Shown: piece after piece, positions 38,447 through 52,151 of the stretch
How the letters are laid out: every line of letters starts with the position of its first letter
How positions within the stretch are numbered: position 1 is the first letter of the stretch
Assembly (NCBI GenBank): GCA_051362555.1
Contig: CM120649.1
Coordinates: 14,322,001 to 14,386,000, forward strand
DNA: 64,000 nucleotides
Direction of reading: 5' to 3'
Origin: Lingula anatina
Lineage: Eukaryota > Animalia > Brachiopoda
Made by a program: the position numbers and the translations under genes
Notes under the pieces: generated by a model
What the model saw: only the letters and a program-made list of their open reading frames with translations
The model's database searches: none
Told to the model about the DNA's origin: nothing

Positions 38447-41400
38447 ATGGCAGTATCTGGTCTGTACAGGGGTTGGGTCGTGCTTGGAATATCCATTCCA
38501 TTATTCGTGCTCTCTGCAGGAATTGAAACATCTTGGGGGACAATGATCTTGTGCTTTCAGCAGGATGAAGATTTTCCGGCGGCGTCTCTTGCCGAGCTAG
38601 GTAAGAACCTTCTTTTTTGTGTACCTAAAGACTGCCTTTCAGACACGTTCAAAAATGAGGCATATTTCTCTTAAGATTATATCACTACCAGTTTCTTATA
38701 TAACTCAAATAAAACCAACATGCCAGAAAAAAACAATAGCGGGGATGTGAGCATCTCTCACATTTTATGGCCTTATTTTTTTCATTTGTGCCAACTTTTT
38801 GCTCCAATAGCTGTAGGGGTTTCACATATTTTTCTTAGTTAATCTTGGTTACTCTCATTAACCTAATATATCATTTTTTGTATTATGACGGTTATATAGT
38901 ATGGGGAATTAGTGAAAATGACAATTTTTTAGTCATATGGACTTTATCTTATTTACTTTTGAGCAAAAACAGAGCTTCGTTGTTCTTGTAAACATTTGGC
39001 TACATAAATATTATTCTCTCGGTCAATCAAAAAATTAAAACCACAATTATTAAAATTAAGTTCTCCAATTTTTAAATTTTTTTATTGACATTCATAAGAT
39101 ACATATAGTAATATACATTTTCTCCTACACTCTCTCACAATCTCATTAACTCTCCTTCTTCTACATATAAATATATTCTGATGTATACTTTTTCACTTAT
39201 ATTATTTTTTATACGCAATTCGAATAATATTTTTGTCCTATGTCCTTTTTCTCCAAATTTCTTGTTGCAAACTTGACCTATTTATTCTTCCCTACATTTT
39301 GTAATGAAGCGAAAATCAAAAACGAATGGAAATAACGAAAACCTGTAATATTTTTAAAAAACAATATTTGAAATTATATGATGGCATCTGGTTGGGTTAA
39401 TTAGCAATAATTTGATACATCATCTCGCTTCATACGTATTTCAAGGTAATTAATACAGCAGTATTTTTGGAAGTAAACATCTTACAAAATATAACTTCTT
39501 CATTTTCTTTATCATTGTTGAAGTTAATAAAGTTCATTTCTGTACGAAATAATACTGAAGCTGTTAACTGTTTATAATTTTGAAAACTCGGTGTAAAATG
39601 TCGCTCATCTTCAACCTGGCCTCTCTACACAATTATTTTTAACACATCTCAAGCCACCTGTTTCTAAAATTCTCTATCAGATCTCATATTACAGAAACCG
39701 GTTTTACCTAAAAGTACAGAGACCTAACTGGGATGCCCCTGTGTAGCACAGGCTTGGACTTTAACTTGCACTTGTACTTGAACTTTTGATTTGCAATAGA
39801 TAAATCCAAATATTATTTTAGTAAGATCAATCACGCCAATACATGTTCAATTTTTCAAAACCCAAGCTCTGTGTTTGTAAGTCTCTCAGTCAAATCATAT
39901 TATACAGAAACCGATACATTCGTGGGTTTTGTGGTTAATATGGACATCAGTGCTAAAAGATCCGCAGGTACTGTACTGTACGTAAACGCCTAATCCGTTT
40001 ATAAGGCCTGCATGGCCCCATGTGTAGCAGGTTAATGCTTACAATGAGTTCATAAATTATTCGTGTAACTTGATCATGTGGAATTATGTACAAAAAGTTT
40101 ATGACAGCTGACGCATTATATATACAATTTATTTCTCGTTACCTACGATATAATGTAGTTTTGTTGTGAATTTTAGGTGACATGCTGACCCCAGTTGCTT
40201 ATAAAATGTTGAAATACGTTCATCAGTTCAAATTTTAACTAAGGTCTCAGATGCTCTTTTGCCACAAACTAATATTTTACATTGCTCACAGACACGTTTC
40301 AATATCAGCCTGAATTTTTCTGATCCCATTCCCACAGACAACATCGGTATAGGTAGATCGATCCAACTTTGCGGGGAATCTCGCTGAGTGCAGTCAACTA
40401 TATGGCACTACTCCCAAGCCTTCCTCTATACAGAAGAGCTGGTGATAATACGAATTCGTTAAAACAAGAGGAGGCAAGTTATACAGTTAAGCTGGTTGCA
40501 CTCAGCAAAAGTCCCCACAGTGTTGAATCGAGCTATGTAGACCGATAGTGTCTATGAGAATGGTGCCCTATGTTAAGTTGCCGGTTGAAGACTGTTAGTG
40601 AAACGGCTACTACTTTATTTCACCAGCACGTACTTCTCGTCTAGACTGGGTATACTATAAAAACACTTGTACGATGCATGGGATTCAATATTACAGTATT
40701 TATATAAAAACTTGCCCATGTAGAGAAGATGTAGTCCAAACAATTAAACTGGTCATCAGATATCTGCTATCACGACAAAACCACTCAGTGGAGTGGAACA
40801 GTGAAAGAAACCATCAGAGAGAAAGCGACTGTAAAACAAGTGGACCAAGGAGACCAAAGTGATTTGGAAAACTTAAAGTACATGTATCATCAGTAAAGAC
40901 AAAGGCAGATAATATCAAATAATACTTTTTTATCTGTGCAAATTTCAATGATGATAAGTAAATAAACCGTTTGTTTGTTTGTTTGTTTGTTTGTTTGTTT
41001 GTTTGTATTACAGGTGCCCCATTGACGGTTTACTATGTGTTTCTTCTGTCCCTGGGTAACCTGATATACCTTGCATTATCGAAGTTTGGTCACCTTGACC
41101 TTCGCCATATTGTAGCTGTTGGTCTTACCTTGATGGTGCTGGGTTTATGTCTGACGTCGTTTGCAAACGGAGCCCAGTCTGTGACCATATCGTTTGGAAT
41201 TATTACTGGAATGGGCAGTGGATTGGTGGTTCTTTGTACGTATTTAGTGATACCACTCTGGTTTCCATGGTCACACAGGTTTCACGTGTTAACAACCAGC
41301 GCGTTGGGAACCTTACAACCCACTGGTAAGTGTACAAAATGTCTAAATATAAAGACCAAACGATGTTAATAATAATAGTAATAACAAAGACAGAGAAGAA

Positions 41401-42666
41401 AGTCGAATTTCATATGAAAACCAGTTTTAAAAAGTGCCAGTATCTAAATAAACTGACATGAAAAAATACAAATGAAATTACTTTCAAATATCCATTAAAA
41501 CAACACTACTAGTTTAAAAAGTGAAAGAAAGTCCCCTCTTGGGAAATTGAAAATATTGACATTTTTTTCAATACCTTTTAATTTTCTTTTTGTCTGTCTT
41601 TGACATTTCAAACTCCTGCGGTTTTGATGATTCCTAGATCTGCCATTCCAAGCAAAAATACACCATTATAATCTTGATTTCAGGCTCAGCAATTTTGAAC
41701 AACGTAAGTGCCCAACTGTGCTCAAATCCGTCACTGGGTTGGCGTTGGGCGTTCCGAATTTATGCAGTTATTCTATCCTCTTTGGGGCTTCTTCTACTTC
41801 TGGTGTACGGAAACCCGCCAATGGCGTCAAATGCACAGCGAGACTGGCCACCAGACTTAGAGTAAATATATATACCCGGTTTTTATACTGTATAACAATT
41901 AGTAAGAAGTATATGTTCTACCTCAGGAGGCAATTACAGGCTCTTATTTCAGTCAAATTCTCTCTCAAACGATAATTATTTTAATTATATATATTCTGAT
42001 AAAAACAAAAAAAGTAAAGAGATCGAATTATTATAAGGGGATTCCGTTAAATTTTGGTTTTCAAAACTTTGCATACTTAAGTCAAAACATTCACCATAAA
42101 TTCAAAATAGTTTATATGCTGCATTCTATCTATCCAAGATGTATCCTTTCTGAGTTTTTCTTTAAAAACTGCGTCAACATATTTGATACACCACATTTCA
42201 TAGTTAATTCAGTGAGAAACAAAATTCTAAACATAAAGGTATTTCTTGTTTTAGTGCAGATTTCCTGCAAAAAGTGCCTTGGACAAGACAATCTACAATT
42301 GCTATATTTGGAATATGGGCCTCGGCAATCATTTGCAAGGGATTCGCTTTCTATTTACCTTTCATTATATTAGTAAGTATTATGATTATGACAGGTATGT
42401 GTTGCCTATGTAATTACTGGCAAGATTTTTTAAGAATCCGCTCATTGCAAGGTTGAATTACTATATGTGTATATTCTGATATTTTGCGCTAGGGTAAGTA
42501 ATCTTGGAAGTGAGTGCCGTGAGTATTGTAGCATCTTTATTGCTATAGAGCTCGTCATTAAATTGTTGTCTTTAGTCAAAACGCAGTGAACTTCAAACAT
42601 TGGACGGTAGATCAACGGCCATTACTAATCAGTGTATTCATCTAGTTCAACTGAAATTCACATAAG

Positions 42667-42697
<31 letters not shown>

Positions 42698-45600
42698 TTA
42701 GAATAAAGTAATCAAAAAGTTTAAGTGCATAAAAGAAATGAATGAATGTGAATGAATGAATGAATTTTAAGAAATTAATAAACAGATATCAATAAATGGT
42801 GAAGTGTGATATACTAACCAAATACAGACTTGACATTTAATATGGAATATTTTTTCCAAGTAATTTTTTATCAGTTTTTTTCCTATTTTGCTGACTGATA
42901 AATGAAAATAAGGATTAAAATCTTGTTTTAATAACTTTAAATTATCTCTTTGATGTCATTGTGATATCAATTCATTAATGGAATTTGCCAGAGAAGCAAA
43001 CAAAAACACATTGCCTATTCTATGCCATACGACTTCCATTAAAAGAGATATTTTGGATCTCCATATTTTCCAAATTATCGTCTGTAAAAGAGTTATACGC
43101 TCCACAAAAGACCCTCATGTCAGTTGCTATAGTCACAGTAATGGTCGCTGTTACGCCTGGCCTCTTCTGGCTGTTGCCAGCGCTCTCAAGCGGCAAGGCA
43201 TTGCTTGGGGTAGGTTTTTAGAGTTCAATCTGGAATAATATTCCAGGCATCGGTCTAAAAGTGTCCAATCTGGTCCAGTTTTGTTGTAGGACATGTAGGC
43301 AGTTGATTCGTCGAGTAATGGCCTACCGAAATATTGTCTATGTGGTTCAAATGTGGCGATTTTGATGACCAGGGTAACTGCTCATTCCCTTGGTTCTGTA
43401 AGTTATCTGCTATTAAAAGTGCTCTGTGTGAACCTGCAACCTCACCGTGCAACCTAAAATTGTTCCTAAGGTGCCCCCTATCAAATGATAGTCAAGTGGT
43501 TCCGAGATTATTCCTTAATTTGATCTGGTTCAGGTTTTCGTCGATGACTACCATTGGTGTTTTGGCACCAATGTGGTATCCACTCCAAATACTGACGCTG
43601 CCAATCACCCTTTTCACTTAAGACCCGGCATATGCTTCGTCGTAGGCCTCTTCTGGATATCTGTAAACTCTGTTTTGACTAATTGGGCGGTACAGGTGAA
43701 ATCTGACCTCAATAAAGAAAGCCATGCAGTTTCAGTGTTCTACCCAGAAACGGTCATGGCCCCCAATTCATTAGAGAAACAGACGACGATGTTTTGTTGT
43801 TTGCAGTAGGTGCCTCGGAGGTCGTTTGGTGTTTTTACCTGCTTAACCCAGTTTGGTGTTCGCTAAGGGCTTTGAAAAACGCATTTTGGTGGCAATTTAC
43901 CCCTCGTTCTGAACGGACTAAGTGTTTTTTGTTTGGTTGCAGCAGCGTATCCCGAAAGACAGTGGGTCCTGTACCCTGTAGGTATGATTTTGATACACTG
44001 GGGGTGACCTCTGTGTAGGTACATCAGTCTGGTCATTACTCTATAAAACTGTGGGGACCGTTCTGTTTGGCGCTATGATCTGTCTGGTAATGTCTGTCTT
44101 TTTTGCGCCATTCTGCCATAGATTAAAACATTTGTAATGCACGTACTACTTGACTCATCTTCCGCACTGCAAAACTGACCGCTTGCATGCAAAATTTCAA
44201 ATTCTTCTATGCAGTAGTTGTCGACATATGGATACTTTTTTGACAGAACCAAGCTTTGCCTAAGCCAAGCTTTGACCAGCCCAAAGGAACACTACCCAAT
44301 TAAATCACTGCATATTACATAATGTAGCAGCGCAACAGACATGAAAGTCAGTTAATTGGTAGCGACACACCTGACTACACAGTTCTCCATTCACAAATCT
44401 TATATGAGATCGGAGTTTTTTGAAAAAAGAACGCATTTTTACCTAGGTATACCTTCGAAACTGAAATATTCCATATTAAATGTCAAGTCTGTATATTTTC
44501 TTTGTTGCTTCTCTCTTTTCAGCCAAAACACATGACCGACCTTGGATTTAAAGAATCCGAAGCAGAATACGCGATAACAGTCCTAGGAATCATGGGCATG
44601 ATTGGACAATCCTTTTTCTCCTGGGTCGGAGACTATCTGAAAGGGAAGTTACTGGTGGTAAACTTGGTGGCAGCAGCTTTTCTCTCAATTAATAATATCA
44701 TCGCCGCATATTCGACATCATTAACTGGTGCGTTTATATACAGTGCCGGTAAGTGTTCTTTTATTTTCACACGAGCTTTATGAACGGCTTGGTCCACCAT
44801 GATCTTTTAATTCCTTCCTTATTTTTGCGCGTTATGTCACTCTATCTGTGGCATTTTTTATACTTAACTTATCGTAATATTAATTATAAAACAAACAGTC
44901 ATACGTATTCATGTATGTATACACAGCAGGGTTTTCTTAAACATGTTACTACCGTTAATAAAATTTCAAAAAATTAAGAAGAAATTCTGATAGCGTGCTA
45001 GCTGGTGAAATGTTTTTCAATATATTTTGGATTCTATGATTTACAAATCTGTTACCTTAATTACATAATCTATCAAAATTTTAGTCTCAGGTCTGGCTTT
45101 TGGTCCATATAATGCCGGCTACTATGCTGTCGTTAACGAAATCATGGACGGTGAGAACGTAGATGCGTTATTCCTTACTATCCGGTTCAGTACAGGCGTT
45201 GGAGCCACTACAGGGCCGTATTTGGCAGGTAGATTAAGGCCGTCCTGGCTCTTTGAAAATACCTGTATACATCTAAATCCTATTTACTGCTCCTTCAGTC
45301 CTTTTGCAACATATCTGTATTCTTTAATATTTTTTTACATTATTTGCACGCAACAAACAGAGCCTTGTACATGTATACGGTAAAACAGTCTTGTATACCG
45401 AAGTCGCACAGGCTTAATATGATGACAGATTTAATTGTATAAGATATACGTATATATACATGTATTCATTTAGCAATGTGAAACTTATGCAGGCTGACAT
45501 TTCCAGCAATATAATCGAAGAAACGCTCCATTTCTTCACTGATATCGAAATTTCAAACCTGTTGTCAGGGTGCGTTATAAGAGCTGTCATACTTTTAATC

Positions 45601-45975
45601 AGATGAATGTTCAGTTTTCATATTCCATTAATTTTGATTCCCAAATGTTTATAATATTGGGATGTTTGAAGATATTACAGAGTGTGTCAGGTACCACAGT
45701 ATTGAAAATATTGTAATTGATTTCTTTACCTTGCTGTGGTCCCTGACAATGTAAATGTCCCATCATTTTGTTCATGTGTGCTGTTATTTATTTAACATTT
45801 TATTACTACTTCAGGATATATCCGTGACGTCACAGGCAGTTACTACGCCGTGTTTCTGACTATTGCGTCATGCTTCGCTTTGTTTGTCTTAGCATCGGGT
45901 GCTATCATTTTTATCAACAAGTGGAGGGACTTGCGAAGTTTAGAACTAATGAAGAACAGCCTCACGTTTGAGTAA
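38447..45975 (+). CDS. SLC16/MCT-like MFS transporter, copy D (430 aa)
   Basis: Exons 38447-38600, 41014-41325, 41684-41861, 42255-42372, 44523-44748, 45085-45228, 45815-45975. GT-AG introns and open frame. GPYLAGYIRDVTGSYY motif. Confidence 0.88.
43240..43770 (-). mobile_element. Highly degraded Tc1-like transposase remnant in intron 4 of copy D
   Basis: Minus strand gives FFIEVRFHLY..RVYRYPEE, GSVSIWSG...KTPMVVIDENLN and SHRA...LPWSSKSPHLNHIDNI. These are colinear with the Tc1 motifs FSDESRF, GSVMVWG and WPxxSPDLNPIE. Stops and frameshifts present. Confidence 0.65.
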
Positions 45976-48604
45976 AGATTACAAAAGCAAACTCATAGTC
46001 TTGCTACTCGGATACAGGCATTCAAAAAAAAAAGGACAAGGACAGAATTGAACATGCAGCCAACCACTGCCGTTTTAAATAAATATGTAACAGTAGTTTG
46101 ATAGGAATTTGAAAGAAAGTGTCTTGTAAGAGAGGAAAATATTTCATTAAATAAAACCAGCAAGCACGTGTACAAAGTTGAAACATCGAGAGACATGAAG
46201 AACTTTTTTTAATGTGACAAGCTGGAATAAACTAGCAGCTGAAAGCGATGAAGAAAATCATCCTTGCTTAACGGCCTCGTTTTGAAAGCACTATGTTATA
46301 TGGTGCTGCCGAGGCTGAACTCAAATAGCCCTATTCCCTATAGAATAAGAGTTTTAAGTAAATAGATATCTAAATAAATTCGATATCGAAATATAAATAT
46401 AACTTTGGTTTCCAGCTTTTATTTAGATTAAGGGCTTTATTTGCATCCCTACTAGTTGGTTGATTTCATCAGGGCCTTCTGTTGGGTACGGTAGTGTGTT
46501 ACATGACTGAATCAGCACGCCTGAGGAATGATAGGTGGTAATACTGTACCTATCACAGCCCTCCTTTACCTGATGAAGTCTGACTGTCAACAGACGAAAT
46601 TTGGCTGGAAATCTAGGTTAAACTGTCTACGACTATTGCTAAATAAAACTTTATTTGTTTACAGTTGTTATTGGTTTCGATGTGCATTGTGTAACCATCT
46701 ATATTTGTCAACAAAGTCATCAAGATGATAAAGTGACGTGTTACATATTATCAATAAACATCAATAGATGACGGTGGCCAGCTTTAGGCTCTATTCACAA
46801 CAGCGGACTAACTAGTCCACGGATCAAATATGGCGACCCACTTGAAAGCTTGCCGTCTAATCCCCTACTAGACGCTGAATAGATTACCCACGGGGATTAC
46901 GCAACAAGCATTCAAGTGGGTCGGCCGCTTTTGTGAACGTGGCCTTCGATGATAACGATAATATCCGGAGTGTGGTCTGACCTCACGCGACCTATCACCA
47001 TTTTATAATACAGAGCCTGTGAAAATAATAATGATTATAGCTTACGATAATGAATAATTAGCCAATTAATACTTAAATGTAAATCACTGTGTGGAATCGA
47101 CCCAAGTGCGAACTAATTGTACTGATTTATTAATAATACCGCGGGGTATTTTTTTTTTTTTTTTTTTACTCCAATGGGTTCTAATCCGACTATGATGCTT
47201 CTAGATTCGGTTAGGGATATCCCCGCTTCGCTTATGCCCGGAAAGAAAATCTACATAAACCGCAGTTTAGTTACCAAATCAAAACTCTGTTTATTCCTAG
47301 GGCGTTCTCTGGTTTTATGGAAAACATCGGCGTCACAGACCGCGTGATTATAAATTACCAAGTTAGATGAGACCAAAAAAATTAGATAAGAGCAATTACC
47401 ACACAAAAGTAATATAAAACCAATTAAAGTTAGATTAGAGTAATTACTATACTTATACGAGCAGCGTGCACATGCCCGCGACTCCATTAAAATCAATTTA
47501 CATGTCTGAGGATTATTTGGCGGTCTGCACATGCTGACACTATCGTCTGCCAAACTGGTTTAACAACTTTTTAAACCAGCCGGCAGAGGGCAGCATTATC
47601 CTCAGCCAGTCAAGTCAATGATTCACCGATTATTTCCCTTGCTCGACCTCAGTCATCCTTTTTGAAATAACAGGTTTTCTTTTTCATAGAACCACCTAAC
47701 CATCCCTCGCAGTATTACGTGACAGAATGCACAGACCAAGGCTCTGTTACAACAAAGCGCCCCCACGTAATGTACCGGGTGTGAGTGAATGACATACGGC
47801 TAACGGCGTTGAATACAAGTCTGTGGAATTAAATACGTGGGCTTGAATATAAAAATTTTAAAGATGAAAAGAATTAAGCCGCTAAATAAATGATTAGATA
47901 ATGATTACATGTAGATGACATACGAAATTCCTGATAAAAATTGATATATGAATGAATTTAAACATGATTAATCCCAACGCATTCCTTTATTGATGGACAT
48001 GATTATAAAGATGTAGCTTACCTCAATGAAGCAACATTTCCGTTGATATTTGCTACTTTATTCTAGTACGTTTTATAAAACTGAAATATAAAAAAAAAGT
48101 TGAATGAAATGAAGTTAAGTTGACCAATAAAGAAACGGCTCAACGAAAGAATGCGTAAACACTCGTACACATGTACACGTAAACAGACAAATAAATACTT
48201 CTTTGTTTACTGTTTTAGATTAAAGGACACATCGTTCATCGTTCAGCCTTTTCCGTAAATCTATCAGAAGTTCAGATTCTGAACTACTTAAATACTAAAC
48301 AGGTGATATACACTACGTGTACATGTGCATGCCCCATACACTGTACTATTACATTTTATTAGAGGGGACAATTCACTGTCATAACTGAAGGCAATGACCT
48401 ATTAGTCCTTGTCACTCCCATTTCTCACCTATCAGTGACGTCATTGTAACCTTGAATTACTTCCGCGAAGTATGATAGTAAACATGAGTCATATGTCAAC
48501 ACTCGACATCCTTCTCTATTTTCAGGTCAGGTCAAAGCAATACCGCTCGTACTGGGATAGCCATAATACTGAACATTATTCAACGAGTTATGAGTTGATG
48601 AAGG

Positions 48605-50012
48605 ATGATGACGACGAACACTGTTGTTTGGCTGTTTATGTTGTGTAATTTTGCGTTTGACGGGACTAATGGACAGAATGGTGAGTACGATTACATACAT
48701 TGGTACTAGTACACAGTTGTTACAGCTTTATTTTTTCTGTATGCCATGTTATTGAATTAAGAATGCATGTTACACCTGATATAATAATTGAGATCGCCCA
48801 TTGTGGTGGTACGAGTACTTCGGAATAAGCAACAACTTCTTTAGGTGTCCCTGAAAGTCGGAAGGGGCTCATTTCTTGTCTGTTATTTGATTTAACTGAT
48901 TAATGTAGAAGATTATGACAATAATTCAGTAAGGAATAAGGTGTCATATAGCGTTTAACCACTTGATTTAAAAAATAAAAGAATGGTCGATACGGCACGT
49001 GCAGACTGTATTTGTAATGACTTGAATTTAAAAGGTGGGGAAGCAGCTCATTATTTGGCTTCTTAGGAAGGCTGGGGTTGGTCCATAAATGAATAGGTGA
49101 ATATCATCACAGCAAAATACATTTTCTTTCTCAGCTGAAGAAGAAGAAGAATTCCCAACGTATGCTATAGTGATGATAGTGGTCGCTGCTCTCCTAGGCT
49201 TCTCTGGTCTATTTTACGCCTTCTGCAAGGAAAAATGCTGCGACTCGAGTAGCAGGAGACGGCGACCCGCACCGCCACCTGTCGTGAAAGTCCACAAGGT
49301 ATGTTAAAACACAATATCCTGTTATTTCATACTAAGGAAGTGATAATCCAGCTCTCAACAAGTTTTAATATACAGTTATGATCAGACACTGAGACAAGCC
49401 TAACCTGGTTTAGGTCTGAATGACATCACCAGACGATAGACTTATTTTACGTCTATTTTGAGATTTCTCTGTACTAGAAGAATATTAATTTGAATAGCTT
49501 TTAAACAATATTATGGTTTCGGGTGTGTCATATAGGTTTATTCATCATTTCGTGTCACCATACATTACATTTTTGACAAATTTCCTTGCCTCTTTATCAA
49601 AAAGACCCAACCTAAAAAGAAGCCAGCTGGCGGTCCAAAAAAACCTAAGAAGTTCAAAATGAAGAAACCCAAGGGTGAAGATGGAGAAGAAGAGGAAGAA
49701 GGCGAGGAAGAAGACACAGGTGAAACGGAAAACAACGAAAATGACATGGAAAACGGTGAATGCGAGGGTGACGTCCATAATGACGTCACATGTGGTGACG
49801 TCAGTGAATGTGTGACGTATGGTGGCAATGATGACAACACTGGTTACCAAGGGAACAATCATTTTACGTCATATTACGCGAATGATGTGATTTCCCCTGT
49901 GTATACTGTTGACATGCCTCAAATGACTTACCAGTTTGATAATACCGGCTACAGTGGAATGGGAGATACGTCGTATAATCAGGATTACTGCGCAAATTAC
50001 GAAGTGTACTGA
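48605..50012 (+). CDS. Single-pass membrane protein T1 (215 aa) with acidic, Tyr-rich cytoplasmic tail
   Basis: Exons 48605-48680 (MMTTNTVVWLFMLCNFAFDGTNGQN, signal-like, phase 1), 49135-49298 (AEEEEEFPTY-AIVMIVVAALLGFSGLFYAF-CKEKCC...) and 49605-50012 (Lys-rich, acidic, ends YNQDYCANYEVY*). GT-AG, frame consistent. Possible 5' UTR exon ~48219-48302. Confidence 0.75.
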
Positions 50013-51893
50013 AAAAATGGCACGTACTCACATCTTATGATGACTTTTATCTGTGATATGGTGGTAGACAATTACAAATTCCCCTCTGAAAAGTTTTAGT
50101 TAAGTTTGTGTCTTTTAATAGCCTCAAAGAACAAAGGGGATATCGAAGGAAGAAAGGGATTTCTCCATGTGATTAATCTATATGCTTTTGCATTGCAATA
50201 ATCATTATAAGGGGACGCAGTGAAGCTAGGACGAGGGAGGTTTCATCATTGCAATATGGACTTATAATACTCGTTCTCGAATTTCTATATACTTACAGTG
50301 CCAAAAAGAGGTGAAAGATTTTTAAGCAAAATGGTAAGAATTGATTTTATTATGAAAACCAAAGTGTCATATTAAAAGGCTTAAGGGCAACCCTTGTTCT
50401 GCACCTCTCCGTAGAGTTGGACATGTTAACGTACATATGTAGAGCTGCAGCTGACAAAAGCATTAGTAACTGACAGGGAATTTTCACATATGTATTTTCA
50501 CTGCTGGTGCCACGTGTATTTACGTGAAATATGACAGTAATTGTATTTTTCGGGAATTTTCGTTTTTTTTTTTTTTTTTAACGATTAGAGCTTCCTTATA
50601 TTGGCCTTATTACAGCTGTTTCGATTTTTATTAAGCAAACTAGTTAATTCCAAATAAGTGTAAATGGGGATATCTAAATATTAAAAAGTATTAAAAACAC
50701 TAAAACAATTCATCATCAGCGCACACCCCTTTTCAACGGTGCGTCCTTTATCTGTTTGATTGTTAATCATATCTGAAAGACATTCCACACTCATTCTTGT
50801 TGCAATAATTTATATATTTTATATATTTTTTAATAAAAACGTTATCTAATAAGTTCGTTTGCGTCAAATGATGAAAAGTTTGCGGACACATTCCACCCCA
50901 GGGAATACCAAAGATACTACTGGTGGTACACAAGCTTTGCGTTTTATTTTTTCGTTAAAAATATTGATAAGCAGCTCAGTTCATTTCTGACTTTCATTTT
51001 CGGTTGGCATTGGTATTAACCTAAATACTTGTTGGTACACGAAAGACAGTCCCTGTGGTTAAAACTTATTCTGCGGACAACCGTCAGTTATGAATTATGA
51101 CGCACTTTCTTCACATACCGTATTTTTTCAATCTAAAGATTCATTGCGTATTTATTGCACATAATAGATAACATCCGCCTGTCTAGGAATCTATCCTGTA
51201 TAAAATGTTCATTAATTTTTTCTTCTTGGTAAATACGCACTGTTGAAAATACCCTTACTAAATTGCTAGCGTTGTCATATTTCTATACATTTCACTAGAA
51301 AACCCACATCATATCGTCACAGTATTTGAAGGATTCCATTAATCATCGAACCCGGTGTTTGGGCAATATTATTACTGAACTGTTGACTTAGGTCCCATGG
51401 CCACGATGTCCAAAACACGTGCATAGTCGCCCCAATATAATGGCTGCCCTTCTGACACGCGGCGGAGTGGTTTTTTTTTTTTTTTCAAAGGAGCGGTTAC
51501 ACGGGACCTTACTTTTTTGTCGATCATGGTTTGAACTTTCTCTCTCACACAAAGACTGATAAAAACATCGCCATGAGACGAATCAGAGCATGTACCAAGT
51601 TTTTTATTATTTTTTCTTCTGATCTGTATCTTCGCAGTAACGAAAATGTATTTATACTCTAATTAGAAAATTGAAAAGAGACTGCACAAAACATGGATCG
51701 AGCTAGACATAAGGTTGGTCCACCAAACAAACAGTGTGAACAGGCACACGTGTCAACACACGTTTCAGACCCATTTTATTTTTTTATTTTGTTAATTTTG
51801 GTCCGATTTATCTTAGACGCTGCATAATGTGTCAAGTGTGATATAATGACTGAAGATTATTGTCTGTATGAGGATATAATACGCAGAGAGAGG

Positions 51894-51925
<32 letters not shown>

Positions 51926-52151
51926 CGCCAAATAAAAAAATAAAAAAGTAGACAAAGAAACCAAAGCAGCGGGGGTGCAGAGGCTAGAAATATGTGGGTT
52001 GAAGAAAAGATGCACGCAAAAAGTGCTGTGATATAAATAGAAAAAAAGAAAACAGTGTTATTTGCCATTTAAATTATTCATACACGGTACAGCTATAGTG
52101 AGCGTCATCTCTCTGATCTTCCCTGTCCTTCTTCTCTGATCAGTACGTATA

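Noticed and set aside
49545-49862. Antisense ORFs over the T1 and T2 tails (also 59413-59709)
   Set aside because: Shadow ORFs of low-complexity GAA/GAC-rich coding sequence.
7716-52151. Idea that the two foldback copies already inverted the array relative to the - strand paralog
   Set aside because: T1 inside the interval is co-oriented with and adjacent to T2/T3 outside it, and segment ~2300-2670 keeps the same orientation as its internal homolog. A past inversion is not parsimonious.
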